Source: an uncultured Kineosporiaceae bacterium (GTDB lineage Bacteria; Actinomycetota; Actinomycetes; Actinomycetales; Kineosporiaceae). Taken from it: 64,000 bases of DNA. The position numbers and the translations under genes are program-made. Positions 29,544 to 39,266 of this stretch are shown piece after piece. Within the stretch, counting starts at the first letter, position 1; each line of letters begins with the position of its first letter. A model generated the notes under the pieces. The model did no database searches. It saw only the letters and a list, made by a program, of their open reading frames with translations, and was not told the origin of the DNA. Where the stretch lies: contig CAZOWW010000003.1 of the NCBI GenBank assembly GCA_964583765.1, positions 6,552 to 70,551 of the forward strand, read 5' to 3'.

Positions 29544-29580
29544 CGCCGGGCCCCGCAGGTGAGTGTGCGGGGGCCCGGCG
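29544..29580. terminator. hairpin between the convergent permease and mmsA genes
   Basis: CGCCGGGCCCCGCA-GGTGAGTG-TGCGGGGGCCCGGCG forms a 14-bp stem with one bulged G. Confidence 0.55.
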
Positions 29581-29656
29581 CCGTTCCGGTCGATCGTCGC
29601 CACGCGGTGCCCACTGCGCAGCCGTGCCGCTCAGTCCTGCCGAACGGTCCCGCCGC

Positions 29657-31174
29657 TCAGTCGTGCCGGGGGAATCCCAGGTTGATGCCGCCGTGGCTGG
29701 GATCGAGCCAACGCGAGGTGACGACCTTGCCCCGGGTGAAGAACTGGACCCCGTCCATGCCGTGCGCGTGCTGGTCCCCGAAGAGGGAGTTCTTCCAGCC
29801 GCCGAACGAGTAGTAGGCCATCGGGACGGGGATCGGCACGTTCACCCCGACCATGCCGACCTGCACCTCGTACTGGAAGCGCCGGGCCGCACCGCCGTCG
29901 TTGGTGAAGATCGCCGTCCCGTTGCCGTAGGGGTTGGCGTTCACCAGTTCCAGCGCCGCCTCGTAGCTGGGTACGCGCACCACGGAGAGGACGGGGCCGA
30001 AGATCTCGTCGCGGTAGGCCGGGTTGGCCACGTCGACGTGGTCGAGCAGGCTGGGGCCGAGCCAGAAGCCGTCCACCGCACCGTCCGGACGGATCTCGCG
30101 CCCGTCCACCACGAGCGTTGCCCCGGCGGCGACCCCGGCGTCGAGGTAGCCCGCCACCCGGTCCCGGTGCTCCCGGGTGATGAGCGGGCCCATGTCGCAG
30201 CCGCGCCGGCCGTCCCCCGTCCGCAGCCCGACGGCGCGCCTCGCGATGGCCTCGACGAGCCGGTCGCCGACCGGGTCCACCGCCACGACCACCGAGACCG
30301 CCATGCACCGCTCCCCCGCGGCCCCGAACCCGGCGTTGACGGCGGCATCCGCGGCGAGGTCGAGGTCGGCGTCCGGCAGCACCACCATGTGGTTCTTCGC
30401 CCCGCCGAGCGCCTGCACCCGCTTGCCGGCCGCGGTGCCCTTCTCGTACACGTGGCGGGCCACCGGGGTCGATCCCACGAAGGACACCGCCGCGATGTCC
30501 GGGTGGTCGAGCAGCCGGTCCACAGCCTCCTTGTCCCCGTGGACCACGTTGAGCACACCGGCGGGCAGACCCGCCTCGGCGAACAGTTCGGCCAGGAGCA
30601 CGGCCGCGGTGGGGGTCTTCTCGCTCGGCTTGAGCACCACCGCGTTACCGCAGGCGAGTGCGACGGGGACGAACCACAGCGGCACCATGGCGGGGAAGTT
30701 GAACGGGGAGATCACCGCGACCACGCCCAGCGGCTGGCGGATCGAGTACACGTCGACGCCGTTCGAGACGCCCTCGCTGAACCCGCCCTTGAGCAGGTGG
30801 GGAATCCCGCAGGCGAACTCCAGCACCTCCAGGCCCCGCTGCACCTCGCCGGCCGCGTCGTCGAGCACCTTGCCGTGCTCGGCGGTGATCGCCGCGGCGA
30901 ACTGCTCCCGACGCCCGTCCAGGAGCGCACGAGCCGTGAAGAGCACCCGTTGACGCGTTGCCAGCGACGAGGTGCGCCAGGACGTCCCGGCGGTGACCGC
31001 GGCCGCGACCGCGGCGTCCACGTCGGCCCGTGGCGCCAGGGGAACCCGCGCCCTCACCTCGCCGGTGGCCGGGTCGTGGACGGGCGCCCAGCGGGTGGCC
31101 GAGCCGGCGAAGGGCGCACCTCCCACGCGGTGGTCGATCGTCACCGGCTCGCTCGTGCTGCCCGGCTCTGTCAT
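29657..31174 (-). CDS. mmsA: CoA-acylating methylmalonate/malonate-semialdehyde dehydrogenase
   Basis: ...ISPFNFPAMVPLWFVPVALACGNAVVLKPSEK...LGGAKNHMVV...AGERCMA... The GERCMA context and the absence of the usual ELGG Glu are characteristic of MMSDH. I trimmed to the ATG at 31174. Confidence 0.9.
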   Translation of the reverse strand: MTEPGSTSEPVTIDHRVGGAPFAGSATRWAPVHDPATGEVRARVPLAPRADVDAAVAAAVTAGTSWRTSSLATRQRVLFTARALLDGRREQFAAAITAEHGKVLDDAAGEVQRGLEVLEFACGIPHLLKGGFSEGVSNGVDVYSIRQPLGVVAVISPFNFPAMVPLWFVPVALACGNAVVLKPSEKTPTAAVLLAELFAEAGLPAGVLNVVHGDKEAVDRLLDHPDIAAVSFVGSTPVARHVYEKGTAAGKRVQALGGAKNHMVVLPDADLDLAADAAVNAGFGAAGERCMAVSVVVAVDPVGDRLVEAIARRAVGLRTGDGRRGCDMGPLITREHRDRVAGYLDAGVAAGATLVVDGREIRPDGAVDGFWLGPSLLDHVDVANPAYRDEIFGPVLSVVRVPSYEAALELVNANPYGNGTAIFTNDGGAARRFQYEVQVGMVGVNVPIPVPMAYYSFGGWKNSLFGDQHAHGMDGVQFFTRGKVVTSRWLDPSHGGINLGFPRHD

Positions 31175-31280
31175 CAGGTCATCCTGCCTTTCTCGCCTGC
31201 ATTCGTGTTCTTCTCGGAGGTATCGGCATGCCCGCTGGGCCGGCACAGATCCGGTTGCGCACAGGCCTGTCGACGTCACC

Positions 31281-31397
31281 CAGGGCGCACCGGCGGGTCC
31301 AGGGCGCACCGGCGGGTCCAGGGTTCACCGGCAGACACAGGGCTCACCGGCGGTACAAGGCTCACCGGCAGGCATGGGGCTCACCAGGCAGGCCCGG
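31281..31397. repeat. six tandem copies of a 19-20-bp unit between the FAD oxidoreductase gene and mmsA
   Basis: The units are CAGGGCGCACCGGCGGGTC (two copies), CAGGGTTCACCGGCAGACA, CAGGGCTCACCGGCGGTACA, AGGCTCACCGGCAGGCATGG and GGCTCACCAGGCAGGCCCGG. In gene sense most units read CCGGTGA(G/A)CC. Confidence 0.85.
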
Positions 31398-31404
31398 GCC
31401 TGCC
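31387..31404 (-). terminator. 18-nt perfect palindrome at the end of the repeat array
   Basis: GGCAGGCCC|GGGCCTGCC lies about 90 nt downstream of the FAD oxidoreductase stop. A terminator role is uncertain. Confidence 0.3.
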
Positions 31405-31495
31405 GACGGCGCACGGATGTGGAGTCGTCGACCCGGTTCAGGATCTCCACGGCTCCGGACCGGTGACGGGGCTCAGGTGTCCCAGGAGCGGCAGC

Positions 31496-32929
31496 TCAGG
31501 AGTCGAAGCCCAGCCCCAACGCGTCCAGGGTGCGCAGCCACGGTCCGCGCCGGCCCTGGTTGCGGTCCGCCGTAGCACTGGCCCGGCGGGTCGCCTGGAT
31601 GGCGGCCCACCGCAGGGGCTCCGGGGGGAAGGGCACCGGCCTGGACCGCACGAGATCCAGCCGGGTACGCGCGGTCTCGCGGCCGTCCAGCAGATCGAGT
31701 GCGACGAGGGCTCCGAACCGGGAGGAGCCCACTCCCAGCCCGGTGTACCCCTGCACAGCCACTACCTTGCCCCCCATCGCGCGCTCCCAGAACGGCGCGA
31801 ATCGGGTGCTCGTGTCGATGGCCCCGGACCACACGTGGCTGAACTCCACCTGCGCCAGCCCGGGGAACGTCCGCCGCAGGTGCCGGGCGAGCCGGGCCTC
31901 GGTCACCGGGTGCCGGGAACGGCGTGCCCTCAGGTCCGAACCGAAGTAGTAGTGCGCGTCGTACCCGCCCCAGAGCAGGCGGTGATCGGCGGTGAGGCGA
32001 TAGTAGTGGAACCGGTTCCCGGCGTCCGCCACGCCCTCCTCGCCCGCCCACCCCAGGCCGGCGCGTTCCTGGCGCGTCAGCGGGCGGGTCGCGAGGACGT
32101 GGTCCCACACCGGGACGACGAAGGGCCGGACCCGGCGCAGGGGTGAGGGGAACACATTGGTGCCCACCACCACGCGGCGTGCTCGCAGCCGGCCCGAGCC
32201 CGTGACCAGCACCACGCGGTCTCCGTCGTCCTGGATCGCCTGGACCCGGGTGCCCTCGTGCACCCGCGCCCCGGCCCGCTCCGCAGCGGCGGCGAGTCCC
32301 CAGGTCAGCCGCGCCGGATTGACCAGGGCGGTCGACCGCGGTGCCCAGAGGCCGGCGAGGTACGTGGGCGAGTGCACCCGGGCCCGGACGCCCGCCTCGT
32401 CGAGGAACTGGACCTCCTCGCCGAGGCCTCGGGCCAGGGTGCACGTGCCCCGCAACGCCTCCACCTGCCACGGTTCCACGGCCACGGTGAGCTCGCCGGT
32501 GCGGCGGAAGTCGGCGTCGATGCCGAGCCGGGCGACGGTCTCCTCGATCTCGTCGAGGTTCTCCGCGCCCATGCGCAACAGGGTGGGCAGTTCCCGGGGC
32601 CAGCGTCGCTGCCCGTTCGCCAGGCCGTGGGTGAGACTGGCCGCGCAGAAGCCCCCGTTGCGCCCACTGGCTGCCCAGCCCAGCCGGGCCGCCTCGAGCA
32701 CCACCACGTCCCGGCCCGGATCGGTCTCCAGCGCCGACAATGCCGCCCACAGGCCGGTCAGGCCGCCCCCGACCACCACGAGATCGGCCTCGCCGTCCCC
32801 GTCGAGCGCCGGACGGGCCGCGGGGCGAGCCGGGTCGTCCAGCCACAGCGGCACCGTCCGACCACCGGACGGCCCGGTGGGAGGGAACCCCATGGCCAGG
32901 GGCCCTGTGGCCGGGAACTCCGGGCTCAT
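31496..32929 (-). CDS. FAD-dependent oxidoreductase (DAO family, PuuB-like)
   Basis: DLVVVGGGLTGLWAALS is the dinucleotide-binding motif, and ...AASGRNGGFC... follows. The ATG at 32929 overlaps the potC TGA (ATGA), so it is the fifth gene of the pot operon. Confidence 0.88.
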   Translation of the reverse strand: MSPEFPATGPLAMGFPPTGPSGGRTVPLWLDDPARPAARPALDGDGEADLVVVGGGLTGLWAALSALETDPGRDVVVLEAARLGWAASGRNGGFCAASLTHGLANGQRRWPRELPTLLRMGAENLDEIEETVARLGIDADFRRTGELTVAVEPWQVEALRGTCTLARGLGEEVQFLDEAGVRARVHSPTYLAGLWAPRSTALVNPARLTWGLAAAAERAGARVHEGTRVQAIQDDGDRVVLVTGSGRLRARRVVVGTNVFPSPLRRVRPFVVPVWDHVLATRPLTRQERAGLGWAGEEGVADAGNRFHYYRLTADHRLLWGGYDAHYYFGSDLRARRSRHPVTEARLARHLRRTFPGLAQVEFSHVWSGAIDTSTRFAPFWERAMGGKVVAVQGYTGLGVGSSRFGALVALDLLDGRETARTRLDLVRSRPVPFPPEPLRWAAIQATRRASATADRNQGRRGPWLRTLDALGLGFDS

Positions 32930-33801
32930 GCGCGGGCCCGCACCTGCCGCAGGACCTCGGCGAGGACCGCGAGGAGCAGCGCGAGATAGAACATCCCGGC
33001 GCCCACCACGTAGGCCTCGGGCGGGACACCACGCTTGGCCGCGACGTAGACGAACTTCGGGAAGGTGTTGACGTTGCCGGAGTTGAAGGTGGTCACGATG
33101 AAATCGTCGAAGGAGAGGCTGAACGCCAGGAGCGCCGCCCCCGCGATCCCGGGAGCCAGCAGGGGCAACGTCACCTTGCGGAACGCCTGCGCCTCATTGG
33201 CGTACAGATCCATCGCCGCCTGCTCCAGCCGCGGGTCCAGGCTCGCGATCCGGGCCTTCACCGCGACCACGACGAAGCTCACGCAGAACATCACGTGCGC
33301 GACCACGATCGTCGTGAACCCGAGGTTGACGCGCAGGTTCAGGAAGAGCGTGAGCAGCGAGGCGGCCATCACCACCTCGGGAGTGGCCATGGGCAGGAAG
33401 ATGAGCAGGTTGGTGATCGTGCGTCCGCGGAAACGGTACCGGCTCAACGCATAGGCGATCATCGTCCCGAGCAGGGTCGCCAGGAAGGTGGAGATCACCC
33501 CGATCTCCAGGCTGTTGCCGACCGCCGGGCACAGCTCCGGCGACCGGCAGGGGTTCGTCCAGTTCGACAGCGTGAAGCCCTGCCACACGATGTTGCTGCG
33601 GCCGCCGTCGTTGAACGAGAAGACCGTGATGTAGGCGATCGGTGTGAACAGGTAGGCGAACACCAGCACCACGAACAGGCGCAGCAGGTTCCGGCCGAAC
33701 CAGCGCTGCACCCGCCGGGGGAACGGCACCCCCCGGTCGATCGGCATGTGCCGGCCGGGACGCTCGATCCCGGACACCTCGGTCACGTGCGCGGCGTTCA
33801 C
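32926..33801 (-). CDS. potC: spermidine/putrescine ABC transporter permease (PotC-like)
   Basis: ...FLPMATPEVVMAASLLTLF...LDPRLEQAAMDLYANEAQAFRKVTLPLLAPGI... contains the EAA loop. The GTG at 33801 forms a GTGA overlap with the potB stop; the ATG at about 33747 (MPIDRG...) is an alternative. Confidence 0.88.
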   Translation of the reverse strand: MNAAHVTEVSGIERPGRHMPIDRGVPFPRRVQRWFGRNLLRLFVVLVFAYLFTPIAYITVFSFNDGGRSNIVWQGFTLSNWTNPCRSPELCPAVGNSLEIGVISTFLATLLGTMIAYALSRYRFRGRTITNLLIFLPMATPEVVMAASLLTLFLNLRVNLGFTTIVVAHVMFCVSFVVVAVKARIASLDPRLEQAAMDLYANEAQAFRKVTLPLLAPGIAGAALLAFSLSFDDFIVTTFNSGNVNTFPKFVYVAAKRGVPPEAYVVGAGMFYLALLLAVLAEVLRQVRARA

Positions 33802-34715
33802 ACCAGTTCCTCCGTCCCGGCCCGGCGAATGTAGACCATGACGATCACCAGGATCGTGGCCATGAGGATGAAGGACAGGACCGCCGCGGTCGGGTAGTCG
33901 ACCAGGGTGAAGAACCGCGACTGGATCACGTTCCCGATCATCGTCGTGGATCGCGGCCGTCCCAACAGGGCCGCGTTCACGTAGTCGCCGGCGGCCGGGA
34001 TGAACGTGAGCAACGTGCCCGAGACCACGCCCGGCATCGACAGCGGGACGGTGACCTTGCGGAAGGTCGTGAGGGGTCCGGCGTACAGATCGGCGCCGGC
34101 CTCGATGAGGCGCGGGTCGATCCGCTCCAGGCTCGCGTACAGGGGCAGGGTCATGAAGGGCAGGAAGTTGTACGTGATGCCGAGCACGACCGCCTGGGGA
34201 CTCGCGGTGAGCGTCGACCCGTCGGGCAGCAGGTGCAGCCACCGCACGGCATGCACGATCCAGCCCTCCTCGCCCAGCAACTGTCCCCAGGCGATGGTGC
34301 GCAGCACGAAGCTGGCGAAGAACGGGGCGATCACCAGCACGAGCAGGATGTTGCGCCACCGGCCGGCCCGGTGCGCGATGTAGTAGGCGACGGGGTACGA
34401 GATGGCCAGGGCGAGCACCGTGGCCAGACCGGCGTACCAGAATGAGCGCAGGAGCTGGTTGCTGTACTCACGCACCGCGTCGGAGTAGTTGGCGAACCGG
34501 AAGGTCTGCTGGAACTGGTTCGCCTCCCCTCCGGGCACCCGGGTCTGCAACGAGGTACCGAACAACGCGAGGATGGGCGCCGCGAAGAAGGCGACCAGCC
34601 AGGCGATGCCCGGCAGGAGGAGCAGGTACGGCACGACCCCGCGCGAGCGGCGGGCGGCGGGCTCCGCGGCGTCCCCGTCCACGGGGGCACCGTGGGAGGC
34701 GAGGGAGAGGGACAC
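33798..34715 (-). CDS. potB: spermidine/putrescine ABC transporter permease (PotB-like)
   Basis: ...ERIDPRLIEAGADLYAGPLTTFRKVTVPLSMPGV... contains the EAA loop, and there are six TM segments. The start is GTG. Confidence 0.9.
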   Translation of the reverse strand: MSLSLASHGAPVDGDAAEPAARRSRGVVPYLLLLPGIAWLVAFFAAPILALFGTSLQTRVPGGEANQFQQTFRFANYSDAVREYSNQLLRSFWYAGLATVLALAISYPVAYYIAHRAGRWRNILLVLVIAPFFASFVLRTIAWGQLLGEEGWIVHAVRWLHLLPDGSTLTASPQAVVLGITYNFLPFMTLPLYASLERIDPRLIEAGADLYAGPLTTFRKVTVPLSMPGVVSGTLLTFIPAAGDYVNAALLGRPRSTTMIGNVIQSRFFTLVDYPTAAVLSFILMATILVIVMVYIRRAGTEELV

Positions 34716-34721
34716 CCGCGC

Positions 34722-35867
34722 CTACCCTGCCTGCACCGCGACCGGCTGGTCGCGGGAGATGCCCGCCGCGGCGTCCCCGGCCATCCCGAACGTGTGCTCG
34801 GGTTCCCAGCCCAGGGTGACGGACGCCCCGGCCGCGAACGGACGGGCGGTGCCCGAGTTCTGGAGGAAGACGCTCAGATCCTGGCCCCAGGGCATGCGCA
34901 CCAGGTACTGCGTGGACACCCCGGTGTAGCTGACGTCGCGCACCACGCCGCCGACGAGGCAGTTGTGTCCCGGCGGGAGGCTGGCGTCGGCCGGCAGCAG
35001 CCGTACCTTCTCGGGGCGCACCCCCACCAGCAGGTGGTCCTGGGTGGTCAGGCAGCGCCGGCTCGGCACGATCACGGTCTGGCCGTGGCAGTCCACCGGC
35101 ATCTCGGCGCCCAGGGAGGGCCCGCGCAGCCCGGTGAGCAGGTTGGACTGCCCGACGAAGTTGGCCACGAAGGTGGTCCGGGGGGACTCGTACAGATCGG
35201 CCGGCGGCCCCAGCTGCTCGATCCGCCCGTGGTTCATCACGGCCACGGTGTCGGCCATGGTCATGGCCTCCTCCTGGTCGTGCGTGACATGGACGAAGGT
35301 GATCCCGACCTCGGTCTGGATCCGCTTGAGCTCGATCTGCATCTGCCGGCGCAGCTTCAGGTCGAGCGCGCCCAGCGGCTCGTCGAGCAGGAGCACCCGC
35401 GGCTTGTTCACCACGGCGCGTGCCAGGGCGATGCGCTGCTGCTGTCCGCCGGACAGCTGGGTGGGCTTGCGGCGGGCGAGGTGACGCATCTGCACGAGGT
35501 CGAGTGCGGCGTCGACCTCCGCGCGCACCTTGCGGATGCCCCGTCGGCGCAACCCGAAGGCCACGTTCTCGAAGACGTCCAGGTGCGGGAACAGCGCGTA
35601 GCTCTGGAAGACCGTGTTCACCGGACGGCGGTAGGGCCGCTCGTGGGTGATGTCGAGCTCACCGAGTTGGATCGTGCCCGCGGTGGGCTCGTCCAGACCG
35701 GCGATCATGCGCAGGGTCGTGGTCTTGCCGCAGCCCGAGGGACCGAGCAGGGCGAAGAAAGATCCCTCGGGAATGGCGAGGGATACGTCGTCGACGGCCG
35801 TGAAGGCGCCGAACCTCTTGACGAGCCCGTGAAGACGGACCTCTCCGGAGGCGGTCGAGACAGCCAT
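34722..35867 (-). CDS. potA: spermidine/putrescine ABC transporter ATP-binding protein (PotA-like)
   Basis: LLGPSGCGKTT is Walker A, LSGGQQQRIALARA is the ABC signature, and LLLDEPLGALD is Walker B. The ATG at 35867 overlaps the potD TGA (ATGA). The tracked 482-aa ORF is over-extended. Confidence 0.93.
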   Translation of the reverse strand: MAVSTASGEVRLHGLVKRFGAFTAVDDVSLAIPEGSFFALLGPSGCGKTTTLRMIAGLDEPTAGTIQLGELDITHERPYRRPVNTVFQSYALFPHLDVFENVAFGLRRRGIRKVRAEVDAALDLVQMRHLARRKPTQLSGGQQQRIALARAVVNKPRVLLLDEPLGALDLKLRRQMQIELKRIQTEVGITFVHVTHDQEEAMTMADTVAVMNHGRIEQLGPPADLYESPRTTFVANFVGQSNLLTGLRGPSLGAEMPVDCHGQTVIVPSRRCLTTQDHLLVGVRPEKVRLLPADASLPPGHNCLVGGVVRDVSYTGVSTQYLVRMPWGQDLSVFLQNSGTARPFAAGASVTLGWEPEHTFGMAGDAAAGISRDQPVAVQAG

Positions 35868-37135
35868 CACGCCCCCAGCACGGCCTGGTACTTGGTGGAC
35901 ACCAGGGTGTCCTCCTCGACGGTCAGGGTGCGGAAGACATGTGTCTTGGCCAGGTCCTCGGCCGTCGGGAAGATGAACCGGCTGTCGGCCAGATCGGCGT
36001 CGTCCGGGATCTCCGCCCGCAGCGCGGCAGCCGCGCCCTTCACCGGGCAGATGTACTCGACGTAGTCGGCAACCTTCGCGGCGACCTTCGGGTCGTAGTA
36101 GTAGTTGATCAGGATCTCGGCGTTCTTCTTGTGCGTGGCCCCGATCGGGACGAGCAGGTTGTCGCTCCACAGGAGCACCCCGCTGGGGGGGAACACGAAC
36201 ACGTAGGGGTCCTCCTGCAGGTTCGGATCAGCGTCACGCGCCTCGGCGTTCGCGGCGAAGATGTCGCCCGACCAACCCACCACGGCCAGGGCGTCCCCGG
36301 CCTTGAAGTCCTCGAGGTATTCGCCCCCCTTCACCTGACGGATCTGCCCGTTGGCCAGCTGCTTGCCGACGACCGCGATGGCGTCGTCGAACTTGGCGGT
36401 GGGGAAGGGCTTGGCCACGTCGACGCCCTGCTCGAGCAGGATCAGCCCGAGGGTGTCGCGGAAATCGGACTGCACCTCGACCCGCCCCTTGAGCTTCGGG
36501 TTCCACAGGTCCGAGATGGTGTTGACGGAGATCCCCTTGGCCTCCACTTCCTTGCGGCGGTAGGCGAGCCCGGTGTAACCCGACTGCCAGGCCAGGGAGT
36601 ACTTGCGACCGGGGTCGAAATCGACGTTCTTGAGATTGTCCAGCAGGTACTTCACGTTAGGGATGTTCGCCAGGTCGAGTTCCTGTGCGTAGCCCTGGCG
36701 GATCACCCGGCCCGCCATGTAGTCGGTGAGGACGATGAGGTCCTTGCCGATGTCCTGGCCGTTGGCCAGCTGCCCCTGGATCTTGGCGTAGTAGGTCTCG
36801 TTGTCGTCGATGTCCTCGGAGTACGTCGCCTGGATCCCGGTTTCCTTCTCGAACTGGGTGAGCGTCGGGTAGGTCTTGGTCTGCTCGTCGTAGTCGAGGT
36901 ATTGGGTCCAGTTGGCCCAGTTCACGACCCGGTCCGTGTCGGAGCGGTCGATCGCCGGGGAGGGCCGGGCCGCGGCCGTCTGGGCCACGGTCGACCCGCC
37001 CGTACTGCACGACGCGAGGAGGCCGCCCAGACCGAGGGCCCCCGTGCCGCCGAGCATCCTTCGGCGGGTCATCCCCCGGACGAGTGCCGGAGAAACGGGA
37101 ACGGGCGTCGCGGGAGGACGCGGGCGCATCGTCAT
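35867..37135 (-). CDS. potD: spermidine/putrescine ABC transporter substrate-binding lipoprotein (PotD-like)
   Basis: MTRRRMLGGTGALGLGGLLASCS is a Tat-type signal plus lipobox, followed by a PotD/PotF-like periplasmic binding fold. The ATG at 37135 follows GGAAGGA; the ATG at 37072 is an alternative. Confidence 0.88.
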   Translation of the reverse strand: MTMRPRPPATPVPVSPALVRGMTRRRMLGGTGALGLGGLLASCSTGGSTVAQTAAARPSPAIDRSDTDRVVNWANWTQYLDYDEQTKTYPTLTQFEKETGIQATYSEDIDDNETYYAKIQGQLANGQDIGKDLIVLTDYMAGRVIRQGYAQELDLANIPNVKYLLDNLKNVDFDPGRKYSLAWQSGYTGLAYRRKEVEAKGISVNTISDLWNPKLKGRVEVQSDFRDTLGLILLEQGVDVAKPFPTAKFDDAIAVVGKQLANGQIRQVKGGEYLEDFKAGDALAVVGWSGDIFAANAEARDADPNLQEDPYVFVFPPSGVLLWSDNLLVPIGATHKKNAEILINYYYDPKVAAKVADYVEYICPVKGAAAALRAEIPDDADLADSRFIFPTAEDLAKTHVFRTLTVEEDTLVSTKYQAVLGA

Positions 37136-37320
37136 CGAAGGGAATTCCTTCCTGTCGTGCCGCGACGTGGACGGGCGGGGGGACCCGGTCGTCGCGGGGC
37201 GGGCTCACGCGGACTTCGTGGCCCGAGCTGTCGGGGAGCGTGGCTGGTATCGGGGACGCGGGGAGTGCAAGGGCAAGGGCATTGCGCGGAGCACCTGGCC
37301 GAGGCGGTGGAACTCGGGGG

Positions 37321-37425
37321 GACAGGGGAGAACGGGTCTGCAGGACAGGAGAACGGGTCTACAGGACAGGAGAACGGGTCTACAGGACGGAAGGGCTGGG
37401 GAACGGGAGGGCTGGGGAACGGGAG
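37321..37425. repeat. tandem repeats about 190 nt upstream of potD
   Basis: CAGGACAGGAGAACGGGTCTA occurs twice perfectly (37341-37361 and 37362-37382), with a degenerate copy at 37321-37340. GGCTGGGGAACGGGAG then occurs twice. The core GAACGGG is present 5-6 times. Confidence 0.9.
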
Positions 37426-37550
37426 GAACGGATGTGGGACGGCGGGGTGGCGGAGCGGTCGAGAGGCCTCAGGAGAGGGCGTCGCAGCCTCGGGTGACCG
37501 AGTGACGACGCATTGTCCAGCACACCTTGGCCCAATCCGCGCGTCGCCGC

Positions 37551-39059
37551 TCAGGAATGCGCAAACACGGTGCGGTGCCAACCCTTCTGTGCAACTCCGG
37601 TCGTGTCGGACATCACATGTTTGATCGTCGTGTACTCCTCGAGCGCGTAACTGCTCAGGTCCTTGCCGAAGCCGGACGCCTTCGTCCCCCCGTGCGGCAT
37701 CTCACTGACGATCGGGATGTGGTCGTTGATCCAGACGCAGCCGGCCCGCAGCTCGCGTGTCGCACGCTGGGCACGGTGGACGTCGCGGGTCCACGCGGAG
37801 GCGGCCAATCCGTAGACCGTGTCGTTGGCCAGTCGGAACGCCTCGTCATCGGTGCGGAACGGCAGCACCACCAGCACCGGACCGAAGACCTCCTGGCGTG
37901 CGATCTCCGCATCCGGCCCGATGTCGGTGAGTAGCGTCGGCTCGTAGTAGGCCCCGCGGGCCAGCGCACCTCCCGGCGCCCGGCCTCCGGTGACCACCCG
38001 CGCCCCGGCAGCCCGGGCCCGGTCCACGAATCCGGCCACCCGGTCGCGATGACGCAAAGAGATAAGGGGCCCCTGGTCCGTGGCCTCGTCGAACGGATCC
38101 CCCAGCCGCACCCCGGACATCAGGTCCGCGACCCCGGCGACGAACTCCTCGACCAGGGACTCGTGCACGAGGGCCCGGGTGGCCGCCGTGCAGTCCTGGC
38201 CGGAGTTGATCAGCGACCCGGCGACCGCGCCGTGCACGGCCGCTTCGAGATCGGCGTCCTCGAACACCACGAACGGCGCCTTGCCCCCGAGCTCCAGGTG
38301 CACGCGGCGGGTGGTCACAGCGGCCGCGGTCATGACCGAACGGCCCACGGCCGAGGACCCGGTGAACGAGACCATGTCCACCCCCGGGTGTGCGACCAGG
38401 GCCGCACCGGTCGCCGGTCCGGTGCCGGTGACGACGTTGACGACGCCGTCGGGCAGTCCCGCACGACGAGCGGTCTCGGCGAGGGCGAGCGTGGTCCCGG
38501 GGGTCAGCTCACTGGGCTTGAGGACGACGGTGTTGCCCGCGGCGACGGCGGGAAGGATCTTCCACGCGGCCATCTGCAGCGGATAGTTCCAGGGGGCGAT
38601 CGATCCGACGACCCCCACCGGCTCGCGGCGGATCGAGGAGGTGTGGTCCGGGGAGTACTCGGCGCTCGCGCGCCCCTCCAGCAGTCGAGCGGCCCCGGCG
38701 AAGAAGGCGACGTTGTCGACGGTCCCCGGGACGTCGAACTGCCGTGACAGGCGGATCGGCTTGCCGGTCTGGCGGGTCTCGACCCGGGCCAGGTCCTCGG
38801 ACTGGGCTTCGAGCAGGACCGCGAGCCGGTTCAGCACGCCCGCGCGCTCCGCGGGGGTCGCCGTCGCCCACTCGCCCAGGGCCGTGCGCGCCGAGGCGAC
38901 CGCGGCGTCCAGCTCGGCCGGGCCGGCGAGTGCCACCGTCTCGAGCACCTCGGAGCTCGCCGGGTCCACGACGTCCCAGGTGTGGCCCGAGGTACCGGCC
39001 ACGAGACGACCCCCGATCCAGTTGTGGCCGCCCCCCGGCGCCTCAACAGTGCGGGCCAC
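37551..39059 (-). CDS. aminobutyraldehyde-type NAD-dependent aldehyde dehydrogenase (paralogue 1)
   Basis: ...IAPWNYPLQMAAWKILPAVAAGNTVVLKPSELTP...LELGGKAP...NSGQDCTAATR...HGGTKASGFG... are aldehyde dehydrogenase motifs. I trimmed to the GTG at 39059, which follows GGAGGGAGG. Confidence 0.9.
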   Translation of the reverse strand: MARTVEAPGGGHNWIGGRLVAGTSGHTWDVVDPASSEVLETVALAGPAELDAAVASARTALGEWATATPAERAGVLNRLAVLLEAQSEDLARVETRQTGKPIRLSRQFDVPGTVDNVAFFAGAARLLEGRASAEYSPDHTSSIRREPVGVVGSIAPWNYPLQMAAWKILPAVAAGNTVVLKPSELTPGTTLALAETARRAGLPDGVVNVVTGTGPATGAALVAHPGVDMVSFTGSSAVGRSVMTAAAVTTRRVHLELGGKAPFVVFEDADLEAAVHGAVAGSLINSGQDCTAATRALVHESLVEEFVAGVADLMSGVRLGDPFDEATDQGPLISLRHRDRVAGFVDRARAAGARVVTGGRAPGGALARGAYYEPTLLTDIGPDAEIARQEVFGPVLVVLPFRTDDEAFRLANDTVYGLAASAWTRDVHRAQRATRELRAGCVWINDHIPIVSEMPHGGTKASGFGKDLSSYALEEYTTIKHVMSDTTGVAQKGWHRTVFAHS

Positions 39060-39266
39060 CAGGCCTCCCTCCGATCGGACTGGCCGAGGGCTGCGCCACC
39101 CGGCTACGGCGTGTGTCCGGAACCCACGAATCCCCTGGCTCACCGATTCGCGTCAACACCACGGCACGAACGTCCTCGACGACGAAGCGTCACCGGCTCG
39201 GATCCTGACATGAATGTCCACAGTACTCAAGGTGCCCTCATGGATTTCGTCGCATCTGTCGGCCCA

